The notes below the pieces were generated by a model that did not search any database, had not been told where the DNA came from, and saw only the letters and a list, made by a program, of their open reading frames with translations. This document shows positions 7,157 through 17,140 of a DNA stretch of 23,375 bases, piece by piece. The translations under genes were made by a program, and so were the position numbers. Every line of letters begins with the position of its first letter. The stretch's first letter is position 1. The DNA is from Armatimonadota bacterium (GTDB lineage: Bacteria; Armatimonadota; Hebobacteria; CAIYQO01), in the NCBI GenBank assembly GCA_038248345.1, contig JBBRXO010000037.1, forward strand, positions 1 to 23,375, written 5' to 3'.

Positions 7157-9778
7157 TCAACGAGGAATGAGATTCTGCAAACTGCGGTAGTCAGTCTTCC
7201 CCGTCCCCAGCACCGGGATGGCGTCCACAACTATCACCTGGCGGATGTTGTAGAGGGGGGAAAGACCGGCGGCGCGTAGTTGCTCATTTATCACTTCACG
7301 CCCGCGCGGTTGCACAGTGAAGAGGATCAATTCCGGGCGTTCGGCGTCGTCGTAGGCGGCAACGGCCAGGATCTGTCCTTCGTCTTCCGGTGTGGCGTAG
7401 CGCTCCAGCAGTACACTCTCGATAGCGGGCAGGGAGATCATCTCACCGCCGATTTTCACAAAGCGTTTCAGTCGTCCCATGAATTTGAAGACGCCGTCGG
7501 GTAACTGTTGCACCAGGTCGCCGGTGCGGTACCAGCGTTTGCCCGCGTGTTCCACAAATGGATCGGGAGCGTCGCCCAGGTAGCCGCCGAAGATACTGGG
7601 CCCGCGCAGCAGCATCATGCCGGTGCATCCGTCCGCCACCGGCTCACCGGTCTCCAGATCAATGAGCGCATACTCTACCGCGGGGAGCAGTTTGCCGATG
7701 GTGAAGGGTTGCGGATCGTCCTGCCAGTTGATGCTGACGATGGGGCTGCATTCGGTGATGCCGTATCCTTCCATTACTTTCGCATGTGGGCACTTCTCCT
7801 GCAGCGACTGGTAGACGCGGGGTGGGCACTCCTCCGCCCCGGTGACGGCGTAGTGCAGGGTGGCCAGCTGTTCGGGGGTGGCGCTGCGCACGATGCCATT
7901 GATGAACGTCGGAGTGCCGATGATGTAGTTGACCTTATAAGCTCCGATCAGGCGCGCCAGCATACCACCCTCGGTGGGGTTGGCATGGAAGACCGTCTGG
8001 AAACCGGCGCAGAGCGCCACCAGCATGTTGCCGGTGAGGCCGAAGGAGTGGAACGGCGGGAGCATACCGAGGAGTTTGTCGGTAGTGCGGATATCAATGA
8101 CGGTGAAGGTGTCGCGGATATTCGTGAGGAGGTTCTCATGCGTGAGCGGCACCGCCTTGGGCATACTCTCCGAGCCCGAGGTGAAAAGGATAGCAGCAGT
8201 GGGCGAGGGGGTTACCCGCCGTAGCTGACCCCAGCCGAGATAGCTGCTGAGCAATGCCTTCAGCTTCGCCCCTTTGCTGATTCCAGCGGCAAGCTTCTCC
8301 AGTAACACGAAGCGATCCTGTAGCGCCCCCAAGTCCATGCCCTGGCTCTCTAACCGGGTGAGGAGCTTCTGCGCGGTGACGATTTGTTTCACCCCAGCCA
8401 GATCGAGGGAATGTTGCAGATTGCGTGCGCCCACGGTCCAGTTCACCAGCACTGGTGTCTTGCCGGAAAAGAGCACTGTTAGATAGGAAAGCGTCGCTGG
8501 GACGGAGGCGGGCAGCATGATACCGATACGCTCGCCCGGCAATGCCGAGATCGACGGGAGCAGCGCGAAGATGCCGGTGAGCAGATCGCGGTAGCTCTTC
8601 GCCCCGCTGGCCTGGTCGGCGATGATCACCCGCCTGGGGTTGGCCATAACCTGCTGCAGGAAGACTTCATTGATAGTTTTACCTGGTGGCACCGACAGCC
8701 GTGTGGCATCCTGCCCGGCGAACCAGGAGGGGGGGACTTCCGCCATTTCATACTGGCCGATGGCCACTGACTCGCCACAGGCGGCGAGTAGGACATCGGC
8801 AACAGTCGCCAGCGAGTCGGTATCGGTGGCGGGGAAGGCGAACTCCTGCTCCAGCCAGGCCATCATCTCCGCGCGTGCCAGGCTATCCAGCCCCAGGTTA
8901 TTCACCAGGCTGTCCTCATCCTTGATGGAGTTAACGCCGGCCAGCTCGGTCAAGTATTTGGTGACTATCTCCCGCGTGGCGGTGGGGACATTCTCCATAT
9001 TCCCCGCGGCGGCCCGCTCGCGTGGGTCGGGTTTGATGATCGGCTTTGTTCCCTCCCAGATGGTGTAGGGGACATAGGTGTTGGGGGGCAACGGTTCTTT
9101 ATTGTAAAAATTCTCCAGATAGCGGTTGATGGTCATCTTATCGGCGGTGCGCGGGAAGTCATCCGGCTCGACGAACTCCAGCGTCACCTCGCGACGCGGG
9201 GTAAAGAAGATGAAACTAGACAGTATCTGCAGCATACCTTGCTGTAATATCTGCCCGACATTCGGCGATTTGCCCGGGGCTTCGCCGAAGGAGCTGCCCC
9301 AGAGGCCGGTGGTGCGCAGGAGCACAATACGCACATCGGGTGCAGCCTTGAGGATAGTCTCCACCGCGCTATTGCTACCCAGTTCCTCACGCTGCGTGCG
9401 CATAGTACGCCCTGCTGGATACAGGAGCAGGTTGGCGCCGCTATTTACATCCTGCAGTGTGGCATTGAGAACCTTCTCCATCTCGGTACGTGCCTCCTGC
9501 CCGTAGCGGCGCACGCTGGGCATGGTGCGCACATGGAACATAGCGGCCAACTGGCGGATGCCGGGCATGTCGGTAGCATCACGGTCGGCGATGGTGTAGG
9601 GGGCGAAGTCCCTGCTGAGCGTGCTGACCACTATAACCGGGTCGATCAACGCCGGGTGCATGGGGAGGAAAACGATGCTCCGCGTGCCCCGCGCCTTGAT
9701 CTCCGCCAGGCCTTTGATGGTGATACGATAGCGCAAGCGGAGCAGAAACTGCACCAGCGCGCGGATAATTGCCAGCAT
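7157..9778 (-). CDS. Aas-like acyltransferase / acyl carrier / acyl-ACP (acyl-CoA) synthetase: PlsC + ACP + AMP-binding domains
   Basis: PlsC HX4D motif 'HPALID' and 'LYPAG'; phosphopantetheine motif 'LGLDSL'; AMP-binding 'FTSGSESMPK', 'EGYGITE', 'YRTGD', 'GTGKTDY'. Confidence 0.9.
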   Translation of the reverse strand: MLAIIRALVQFLLRLRYRITIKGLAEIKARGTRSIVFLPMHPALIDPVIVVSTLSRDFAPYTIADRDATDMPGIRQLAAMFHVRTMPSVRRYGQEARTEMEKVLNATLQDVNSGANLLLYPAGRTMRTQREELGSNSAVETILKAAPDVRIVLLRTTGLWGSSFGEAPGKSPNVGQILQQGMLQILSSFIFFTPRREVTLEFVEPDDFPRTADKMTINRYLENFYNKEPLPPNTYVPYTIWEGTKPIIKPDPRERAAAGNMENVPTATREIVTKYLTELAGVNSIKDEDSLVNNLGLDSLARAEMMAWLEQEFAFPATDTDSLATVADVLLAACGESVAIGQYEMAEVPPSWFAGQDATRLSVPPGKTINEVFLQQVMANPRRVIIADQASGAKSYRDLLTGIFALLPSISALPGERIGIMLPASVPATLSYLTVLFSGKTPVLVNWTVGARNLQHSLDLAGVKQIVTAQKLLTRLESQGMDLGALQDRFVLLEKLAAGISKGAKLKALLSSYLGWGQLRRVTPSPTAAILFTSGSESMPKAVPLTHENLLTNIRDTFTVIDIRTTDKLLGMLPPFHSFGLTGNMLVALCAGFQTVFHANPTEGGMLARLIGAYKVNYIIGTPTFINGIVRSATPEQLATLHYAVTGAEECPPRVYQSLQEKCPHAKVMEGYGITECSPIVSINWQDDPQPFTIGKLLPAVEYALIDLETGEPVADGCTGMMLLRGPSIFGGYLGDAPDPFVEHAGKRWYRTGDLVQQLPDGVFKFMGRLKRFVKIGGEMISLPAIESVLLERYATPEDEGQILAVAAYDDAERPELILFTVQPRGREVINEQLRAAGLSPLYNIRQVIVVDAIPVLGTGKTDYRSLQNLIPR

Positions 9779-9799
9779 GATTGATTCCTTTATTTTGTG

Positions 9800-11122
9800 C
9801 TACCGCACCCCGCGAATATTGCGTACCATGACGGTGCCGAAGAAGAAGTATACTACTGCCAGACCGAAGATCACCGTGTAGCCCAATGTCGGTATGCCCG
9901 CGTCTTTGCCAATTTTCTGGAAGAGATCCAGCAGGAATCCGGCTATGAGCGGGGCGAGCACCTGCGGCATAGTCATGGCGATGTGCCACACGCCCATGTC
10001 CTTGGCGTGGTCATCTTCGCTGGGCAGTACATCGCTGGCCAGCGCCCAGTCGACAGACTGGTAGGCACCATATCCGAGTCCGAAAACCAACCCCATGAAG
10101 AGTGCCACGGTGTAATTACCGCTGAAGATGAAGACCGCTGCAACCACCCCCTGCAGCGCTCCGCTGATATACACCATCAGCTTGCGCCCGTATTTGTCCG
10201 AGAGTGCCCCGGCGGCGAAGGCTGACATCACCGCGCCCCCGAGCAGGGCGATCATGAAGTAGGAGTTCGCCTCGTGCGCCTGGCTTGCTAGATGCTTGCC
10301 GAAGAGGGAGTAATTGTATTGGACGGCGCCACCGGCAACGGAATCTCGCATATAATACTGGAGAAACTCCTGCACGGTGAAGGTGCCCATCACCACCAGG
10401 AAACGCGTCCAGAATACCCAGGAGAAGTCCGCTGATTTAAACGGCTCCAGGATACCGCGGAAGAAGGCGGTGAATTTGAACGGCTCAACCCCGGGCGGCT
10501 CCGGTTCATGTACCGTCAACACCGTCCCCGCCATGCCCATGAGCATGATGATGGCCAATGCGATGTAAGCACCTTGGAAGCCGATTCTATCGAGAAATAG
10601 CCCCACGCTGCCGCCGACGAACATGCCCAGCATGGTCATCAGCCCCATCCAACCGCTGGCGGTGCCGCGCTGGTCTTTCGGTACAACGTCGGGTATGAGC
10701 GCGGAGTAGGGCGCGGTGGCGACGTTATTGAAGATCATTATCCAGCAAAAAACGAGCGTATAAGGAATGAAGGTGCCCGGAGATGCCGGGATGAAGGACA
10801 TGATAATCAGCCCGATGGCATTGAAAATAGTGCCCACCACCAGGAAGGGCCGGCGTCGTCCCCAGCGGGTACGCACGCGGTCGCTCCACGCCCCCAGTAG
10901 CGGGGCGGCGATCATGGAGATGAAGGCGCCGATGCCCAGGATGATGCCCACGGTGGCACCCTTATTAGCATCCCCGCCGATAGCTTCCGCCTGTTTGGGC
11001 AGCAAAATGATAAGGATCGCGCTCCACTGAGCATTGGTCGCGAACCAGTAGAAACTAAGCATTGCCTGTTGTGCCACGCTCATCCGCCCCCGTTTGTCTG
11101 TTGCTGGGAGGACCTCAGTCAT
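9800..11122 (-). CDS. MFS transporter (12 TM; GPH/maltose-sucrose-like)
   Basis: Motif A variants 'GAWSDRVRTRWGRRRPF' and 'GALSDKYGRK'; about 12 hydrophobic helices; ends 21 bp before the Aas-like gene. Confidence 0.92.
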   Translation of the reverse strand: MTEVLPATDKRGRMSVAQQAMLSFYWFATNAQWSAILIILLPKQAEAIGGDANKGATVGIILGIGAFISMIAAPLLGAWSDRVRTRWGRRRPFLVVGTIFNAIGLIIMSFIPASPGTFIPYTLVFCWIMIFNNVATAPYSALIPDVVPKDQRGTASGWMGLMTMLGMFVGGSVGLFLDRIGFQGAYIALAIIMLMGMAGTVLTVHEPEPPGVEPFKFTAFFRGILEPFKSADFSWVFWTRFLVVMGTFTVQEFLQYYMRDSVAGGAVQYNYSLFGKHLASQAHEANSYFMIALLGGAVMSAFAAGALSDKYGRKLMVYISGALQGVVAAVFIFSGNYTVALFMGLVFGLGYGAYQSVDWALASDVLPSEDDHAKDMGVWHIAMTMPQVLAPLIAGFLLDLFQKIGKDAGIPTLGYTVIFGLAVVYFFFGTVMVRNIRGVR

Positions 11123-11195
11123 TGTTAGCCCTGCTTTCTAATTTATTATAGCGTAAAGAGAGGCGTGGAGTAAGGGGGGTGTAACGGAGATTAAC

Positions 11196-11225
11196 TTGAC
11201 GTGGGAAGCCACTTTTCGTTAGAAT
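11196..11225 (+). promoter_or_regulatory. Putative sigma70 promoter for the histidine kinase
   Basis: TTGACG (11196-11201) - 18 bp - TAGAAT (11220-11225). Confidence 0.45.
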
Positions 11226-11283
11226 TATGATAGTACGTGCAGCAATGTATGCAGTAGCGCGTTTCAGATATATGTGAGGTTTA

Positions 11284-13038
11284 ATGATGACGGTTGGTAG
11301 CTCCCAGGATCCTTCTCACGCCCCTGGGGAAACTATAGGGAAAGGCTCTGTTACTGATCCCGCTGGTCGGCAGCGCGAGATTCAAACTGAGCTGGTAGAG
11401 TTACGGCGCCGTATTGCGGAACTGGAACATACAAAGGTTCAGCTGGAGCAGCAAGTTTCCACCTCCACAACTGCCCCGGAGGCAGTAGGTCCGGTAACTA
11501 CTTCAGAAGAGCTGGAACAGACGTTACGCACCTTCGTACGCCGGGTAGCCATGATTCTGCAAGCCGAGAAATGCGCTATCATGCAGGTAGATTATGAAGC
11601 GCATGAACTAGTGGCAAAAGCCCCGGCGCTTCGCCTGACGGACGAAGAAATAGCTTCATTCCGAGTACCGCTGAATGAGGGCATTTCCGGTGAAGCTTTC
11701 CATGACGGCAAAGCCATTATTTGCAATATTGTCTCGGCTGATCCGCGTGCGTTAGTTGATAATTTCGCCAAGCTCAATGTGCGCGATTCACTCACTGTTC
11801 CGATGATTATTGAGCGTCGCAATGAGAATCAACAAGTAGTAGATCGCAATATCATCGGCGTAATTCACGTTTTCAATAAGCGTTACGGGCTTAAATTCAC
11901 GGAAGAAGATATTCGTCTGCTTACCGTGCTGGCGCGTAATGCGGCATCAGTGATCAGCAGCGCCAACGCCTTTATCTCAATTACTGCAGAGAAGAAACAG
12001 TTGGAATACACACTGCAGAGTATGAGCTCCGGCTTGTTGGTTATCTCCAAAGGCGAGCGAATTCAATTACTGAACAGTTCGGCCTCGAAAGTGCTGGGAA
12101 TTGATGCTTCTGCCGTCGGCAAGTCCTACACCCAGGTTATTGTTGACGCGGAGATACGCGAGTTTCTTGCCAAAGCCATATTGGAGAATGAAGAAACAGT
12201 ACGAGAATTCCAAATCTCGGAGCGGTATTATCAAGCTCAGACAGCAAAAGTACGTGATGAAAAAAATGCAACCATCGGTCTACTAGTGGTGCTGAATGAT
12301 GTGACAGAACTTCGTAATGTAGAGCGTATGAAGAGTGATTTTGTATCTACGGTATCACATGAATTACGTACGCCCCTTACAGCGATTAAAGGTTTTGTCC
12401 GCACTTTGATTGATGATCCTACTGGTGAATTCTATGACCAGGAAACGCGTCTGGAATTCTACGGTATTATTGATTCCGAGTGTGACCGCCTGGTTCGCTT
12501 GATCTCAGACCTCTTGAATGTATCACGCATTGAACGCGGCTTGCCAGTTCATTTGAATTACTCAGAAGTTGATGTTAAAGCTTTGGTAGAGAAGTGCATT
12601 AATTTCCAGCGCAGCTATACCGAAAAGCATCAATTTATCATTGACTGCCCCGAGAAGATTTCTTCAATAATTGGTGATCAAGATAAGATGGATCAGATAC
12701 TCACTAACCTGATCAGTAACTCCATAAAATATAGCCCCAATGGGGGAGAAATCAAGGTCTCTATCACAGAAGAAAGTGATAAATTAGTCTTCGCCATCAG
12801 CGATCATGGAATGGGAATACCAGAAGAGAACATCGAGAAAGTATTCCAACGCTTCTATCGTGTTGCATCGGGAGATGCGCAAAGTGTGGGCGGTACCGGC
12901 ATTGGGTTGTTCCTAGTGAAAAGCCTGGTGCAAGCACATGGTGGAGATATCTGGGTAGATAGTAGCTACGGTAAAGGATCCACCTTCTACTTTACGTTAC
13001 CCAAGAACCATCCGGTTGCTGATACTATTGTTGGATGA
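11284..13038 (+). CDS. Cytoplasmic sensor histidine kinase (coiled coil-GAF-PAS-HisKA-HATPase_c; PhoR/WalK-like core)
   Basis: H-box 'VSHELRTPLTAIKG', N-box 'NLISNSIKYS', G1 'DHGMGIP', G2 'GGTGIGL'; GAF 'IIGVIHVFNK...FTEEDIRLL'; no TM helix. Confidence 0.95.
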   Translation: MMTVGSSQDPSHAPGETIGKGSVTDPAGRQREIQTELVELRRRIAELEHTKVQLEQQVSTSTTAPEAVGPVTTSEELEQTLRTFVRRVAMILQAEKCAIMQVDYEAHELVAKAPALRLTDEEIASFRVPLNEGISGEAFHDGKAIICNIVSADPRALVDNFAKLNVRDSLTVPMIIERRNENQQVVDRNIIGVIHVFNKRYGLKFTEEDIRLLTVLARNAASVISSANAFISITAEKKQLEYTLQSMSSGLLVISKGERIQLLNSSASKVLGIDASAVGKSYTQVIVDAEIREFLAKAILENEETVREFQISERYYQAQTAKVRDEKNATIGLLVVLNDVTELRNVERMKSDFVSTVSHELRTPLTAIKGFVRTLIDDPTGEFYDQETRLEFYGIIDSECDRLVRLISDLLNVSRIERGLPVHLNYSEVDVKALVEKCINFQRSYTEKHQFIIDCPEKISSIIGDQDKMDQILTNLISNSIKYSPNGGEIKVSITEESDKLVFAISDHGMGIPEENIEKVFQRFYRVASGDAQSVGGTGIGLFLVKSLVQAHGGDIWVDSSYGKGSTFYFTLPKNHPVADTIVG

Positions 13039-13050
13039 GCATTCCCCTGC

Positions 13051-13085
13051 AGCTACCCGCTCCATAGTGGTGCGGGTAGCTTTTT
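13051..13085 (+). terminator. Rho-independent terminator after the kinase
   Basis: AGCTACCCGC...GCGGGTAGCT stem followed by a T run. Confidence 0.8.
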
Positions 13086-14529
13086 ACCACGCTGGAAAAT
13101 CAGTACCAGGATTCTCTTCGGTCAGGCATTTTTTCACATCATCCGTGAGTTTCCGTTGATCGATCAGCCAACTGCCAGCTTCCTGTCGTAGCACTAAGTC
13201 CACCTGGTATTGTCGGGAGAGTGCCTTTTGCAGTGCGGGTATTCGTTCTGATCTTCCTTCGGCGGGAATAAGATAGAGTTTGACGGCGTAGGTTACCATA
13301 TCACCCTGCATATTTGTAGGCTCCAATAAGGTGGAGCTTCCCAAGGTTATCCATGCTGGCAAGCGCTTCCCTTTAGTCACTGCAGTTGCCAATTTCATCT
13401 GTGTATTGATATCGCCATGCTCCAGCGAAGAAAGGTATGTTTGAGTCAACCGTGTGATCCGCACCACATCAATTCGCGATTGTAGCCATAGCCTCCAACA
13501 GAGCATTGCACTCAATGTCAGTGCGATAATGGTAACAGATAACAACCCGTACCAGCTTGCCGGGCTATAATTTTTTTTCACAGATATTCTAGCTTTTGGT
13601 GCTGATGGGGCAGCAACAATCGGAGTAGTTGCTAACTTTTCCTCCTCTGCTACAATAATTGGAACATCATCTGCGATTATGACCAGCTCTAGTGATGGGA
13701 GCGGAGTAACAGCGATAGCGGGGATTATTATAACAGAGGGTGGGGTAGAGGGTAGTATTTCCTCCGGCAACGTGGCTTCGCTGGGCAATTCATCCTGCAG
13801 TTCCGGTTCAGAGATTAGCTCAATCAGTTGCGGCTCATCCACCGGTAACTCAAAAAAATGCACCAACTCTACTGGTGGTTCTGGTTCGGTAATATACTCT
13901 GTTGGTCGTAGTACTTCGAAAGGCAACTCATATACCTGCGATAGCTCTATTGCAAGTTCCGGTTCGGTGATAAGCTTTATGGGTTCCGGTTCATCCACGG
14001 GTAACTCAAAGATTTGCAGTAACACTATTGGCGGAGCAGGTTGCACTTCGATTATTGCTTGTTGAGGCGCAACTGATGCGAACTCTTCGGGCAATACATT
14101 TATTGGCTCTGCCGCAACGGGGAGTTGCTCAAGGGTAACCTCAAGTATTGGTGGCGTTGTTAAGTTAGTGGATGCAGTTGTCGATGTACTTTCAACAGGC
14201 TCAGTCAGGGGTTGCCAGCAACTCCAGCAGAGGTTACGGGTGGCGCTATTGGTCGCGCTACAGTATGGACAGGTGACATTGTCGTTACTGGTTTCTTCTT
14301 TTTTGGCACGTGTAGGGAAATTAAAATGACCTTTGACCGGAGGAGGCGGCATGCGTGGTGGCACTATTACCTTGGGAACTATTTCTTTGGTTTTCGGTTT
14401 TACCCAGACTTGTGCTTTGGCAGCAGGCGTGCCGGTAATTCTGGCCAAATCAGATATTTTAGCCCAGCAATTCCAGCAAGTCTCACGCTCTTCTTTATTT
14501 GTAGCCCCGCAACGTGGGCAATTCGGCAT
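13084..14529 (-). CDS. Hypothetical single-pass membrane protein with two zinc ribbons and a Pro/Glu-rich repetitive linker
   Basis: 'CPRCG...CWNC' and 'CPYCS...CWSC' ribbons; one TM 'WYGLLSVTIIALTLSAMLCW'; GAGGAG/AAGG RBS before ATG 14529. Confidence 0.8.
   Translation of the reverse strand: MPNCPRCGATNKEERETCWNCWAKISDLARITGTPAAKAQVWVKPKTKEIVPKVIVPPRMPPPPVKGHFNFPTRAKKEETSNDNVTCPYCSATNSATRNLCWSCWQPLTEPVESTSTTASTNLTTPPILEVTLEQLPVAAEPINVLPEEFASVAPQQAIIEVQPAPPIVLLQIFELPVDEPEPIKLITEPELAIELSQVYELPFEVLRPTEYITEPEPPVELVHFFELPVDEPQLIELISEPELQDELPSEATLPEEILPSTPPSVIIIPAIAVTPLPSLELVIIADDVPIIVAEEEKLATTPIVAAPSAPKARISVKKNYSPASWYGLLSVTIIALTLSAMLCWRLWLQSRIDVVRITRLTQTYLSSLEHGDINTQMKLATAVTKGKRLPAWITLGSSTLLEPTNMQGDMVTYAVKLYLIPAEGRSERIPALQKALSRQYQVDLVLRQEAGSWLIDQRKLTDDVKKCLTEENPGTDFPAW
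13786..14019 (-). repeat. Intragenic 78-bp (26-aa) repeat x3
   Basis: LQIFELPVDEPEPIKLITEPELAIEL / SQVYELPFEVLRPTEYITEPEPPVEL / VHFFELPVDEPQLIELISEPELQDEL. GGTAACTCAAA recurs 156 bp apart. Confidence 0.7.
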
Positions 14530-14662
14530 CCTTTTTCTCTCCTCAGTGGGTATACAATAATTATATTCAACAAGGATGGTGCCAATACCTGTTATTATTT
14601 CCATTGGATTTTCGCAGGTGATTACTGGGCAGGCGGCGAACTGTAATACTGTAAGAATAATT

Positions 14663-16468
14663 ATGACAAATGCTCGCCAGATATTAAAGTCCGTCTTCGG
14701 TTACGACAGTTTCCGACGCGGTCAAGAAGAGATTATTGCTCATGTTCTGCAGGGTGGGGATGCCTTTGTGCTCATGCCCACGGGCGGGGGCAAGTCACTC
14801 TGTTTTCAACTGCCGGCTTTGCTACTTCCGGGCACTGCCATCGTCGTCTCACCGTTAATCGCGTTGATGCATGACCAGGTGGGGGCGTTGCGGCAGTTGG
14901 GCGTTCGTTGCGCCTACCTCAATTCTGCGCTTGATTATAATGAAGCACGCCAGGTGGAGCAGGCGCTGCTGGGGGGTAACCTGGACCTGCTCTATGTTGC
15001 CCCGGAACGGTTGCGTACCGAGGGTATGCTGGAGATGCTGGGGCAGGTGCAACTTTCGCTTTTTGCCATTGATGAAGCGCACTGCGTGTCACAGTGGGGT
15101 CATGATTTCCGCGCCGATTATCTGGGGTTGTCGATATTGCATGAGCGTTTCCCACAGGTGCCACGCCTGGCGCTCACCGCCACTGCCGATGAAATGACAC
15201 GGCGGGAGATCGTGACGCGGCTGAAGCTGGAGCAGGCGCGAACCTTTGTGGACGGCTTTGACCGCCCTAACATTCGTTACCGTATTTTGCCCAAAGACAA
15301 CCCGCGCCTGCAACTGAAGCGCTTTATCACTGTGGAGCATATGCATGATACGGGTATCGTCTACTGTATGTCGCGCAAGAAGACAGAGTCGATGGCGGAG
15401 TGGCTTTGCGAACAGGGATTCACCGCACTACCGTACCATGCGGGCTTGAGCGCGGAGCTACGCAAGAAGAATCAGGATCGGTTCCTGCGTGAGGACGGGA
15501 TCATCATCGTCGCCACTATCGCGTTTGGCATGGGCATCGACAAACCGGACGTACGCTTCGTGGCGCATATTGATCTGCCGAAGAGCATTGAAGCATATTA
15601 CCAGGAGACCGGGCGCGCCGGGCGTGACGGGCAGAAGGCGGATGCGTGGATGCTCTATGGCCTGGGGGATGTCGTCTTTATGCGCGAGTTACTGGCCAAC
15701 TCCGAGGCCGATGAAGCGCATAAAAGGCTGGAGCAACGCAAACTCGATGCCTTGCTGGGATTCTGCGAAACCACCGCCTGCCGCAGGCAGGTGATGCTGC
15801 GCTACTTTGGCGATGAGATGGCGGATCCGTGCGGTAACTGCGACACCTGCCTGCACCCGGTGGCCAGTTGGGACGGTACGCTGGTGGCGAAGAAAGCGCT
15901 TTATTGTGCCTACCAGACCGGGCAGCGCTTTGGGGCCAGCTATCTCACCGATGTTTTGCTGGGGCATAACAGCGAGCGGGTGATAAAGTTCGGGCATAAC
16001 AAGCTGACGGCCTTCGGCAAGGGTGGGGAACATACCGCGCAGCAATGGCAGCAGATATTCCGGCAATTGACGGCGCAGGGGATGCTGACGGTTGACCTGG
16101 CGGGGCACGGCAGCCTGATACTCACGCTAGCCGGTGTTGAGGTGTTGCAGGATAAACTCTCCGTTAATTTCCGTAAAGACCCGGAGAAGAGCGTGGAGCG
16201 CACCCGGAAGACGAAACGCGAATACGCAGATATCACCATCGGGATGTCCCAACGCGACCAGGTGCTGTGGGCGACGCTGCGTGCTGTACGTATGGAGATA
16301 TCAAAAGAGGAAAATGTGCCGCCTTACGTCATTTTCCATGATACCACACTCCGTGAGATGCTGCGCGTGCGACCCCAGACGATGGGAGAGTTGGCGGCGG
16401 TCGCAGGTGTAGGCGATGCCAAGCTGGTGAAATACGGCCGCCGCTTCCTGAAAGCCATCAAAGAGTAG
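14663..16468 (+). CDS. recQ: ATP-dependent DNA helicase RecQ
   Basis: 'MPTGGGKSLCFQ', 'AIDEAHCVSQWGHDFR', 'YYQETGRAGRDG', Zn-binding CRR...CGNCDTC, RQC, and HRDC 'VPPYVIFHDTTL'. Start ATG 14663. Confidence 0.97.
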   Translation: MTNARQILKSVFGYDSFRRGQEEIIAHVLQGGDAFVLMPTGGGKSLCFQLPALLLPGTAIVVSPLIALMHDQVGALRQLGVRCAYLNSALDYNEARQVEQALLGGNLDLLYVAPERLRTEGMLEMLGQVQLSLFAIDEAHCVSQWGHDFRADYLGLSILHERFPQVPRLALTATADEMTRREIVTRLKLEQARTFVDGFDRPNIRYRILPKDNPRLQLKRFITVEHMHDTGIVYCMSRKKTESMAEWLCEQGFTALPYHAGLSAELRKKNQDRFLREDGIIIVATIAFGMGIDKPDVRFVAHIDLPKSIEAYYQETGRAGRDGQKADAWMLYGLGDVVFMRELLANSEADEAHKRLEQRKLDALLGFCETTACRRQVMLRYFGDEMADPCGNCDTCLHPVASWDGTLVAKKALYCAYQTGQRFGASYLTDVLLGHNSERVIKFGHNKLTAFGKGGEHTAQQWQQIFRQLTAQGMLTVDLAGHGSLILTLAGVEVLQDKLSVNFRKDPEKSVERTRKTKREYADITIGMSQRDQVLWATLRAVRMEISKEENVPPYVIFHDTTLREMLRVRPQTMGELAAVAGVGDAKLVKYGRRFLKAIKE

Positions 16469-17033
16469 ACGAGAGTAGCAGCTGCAGCATACTCGGCGCT
16501 TCTGTTTCCGCCAGCAAGCGCAACTCGTGCTTCATCCAAGCCATGATGGAATCATGCGCATCTGCGGCGATCTCTGGCGGTACGATCATCTCTACTTCTA
16601 TATAGTAGCGGATGCGTTTGTTCAGCTCGAGCCGATCCAGCGAGATTGTCATGGGGATTTGCGAGGAGCCACCGCGAAAATCCATACGCTCCTTGCGGAT
16701 GATATTCTTTTCCGATATAGCCGTAGTCATGGAGCGGGCGGACTGACTATCGAGCACGTTCTCATCCTCCAGGCGAATCCAGCGGCCGGCGCTGTCCTGT
16801 TTCCAGCTTTTTTCCGTAATCTTAAAGCCGTGGGTAGTCTCGCGCACGCGGGAGAAGTTATAACCGCCGTTGCCAGCCAGCTGATAATCCAGATAATAGT
16901 CCACAATTGAATACTTGTCTTCCTGGTGGAAATTAAGCGCCAGCAAGGTCTCTGGCATGCGGCGAAACTCCTCCTGCGTCAGCTCCATTTTTACTTCGGC
17001 TTCGGCCATTTCAGCTGTCTTTTCGGATTTCAT
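16458..17033 (-). CDS. CYTH / triphosphate tunnel metalloenzyme family protein
   Basis: N-terminal ExExK 'EAEVK', 'RVRE', 'IRKER', 'ISLDRLE', 'YIEVE'; AAGGAG RBS before ATG 17033. Confidence 0.75.
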   Translation of the reverse strand: MKSEKTAEMAEAEVKMELTQEEFRRMPETLLALNFHQEDKYSIVDYYLDYQLAGNGGYNFSRVRETTHGFKITEKSWKQDSAGRWIRLEDENVLDSQSARSMTTAISEKNIIRKERMDFRGGSSQIPMTISLDRLELNKRIRYYIEVEMIVPPEIAADAHDSIMAWMKHELRLLAETEAPSMLQLLLSSTL

Positions 17034-17140
17034 TCAATTTCTCCTTCGGGTAGACAAGGTTATTGCTGTGCATTATAGAATGTGCAAGATATGACTGTGT
17101 TTATCATAGCATATATTGCCCACAAGGGAGGATAGTAAAA

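Noticed and set aside
7508..9506. + strand ORFs (238, 148, 126 aa) opposite the Aas-like gene
   Set aside because: Typical antisense open frames of a GC-rich gene; no independent signals.
14576..14662. Extended recQ N-terminus from the ORF track, and a possible SOS box (CGAACTGTAATACT) before recQ
   Set aside because: RecQ-like sequence begins at MTNARQ (14663); the motif lacks the GTTY half-site.
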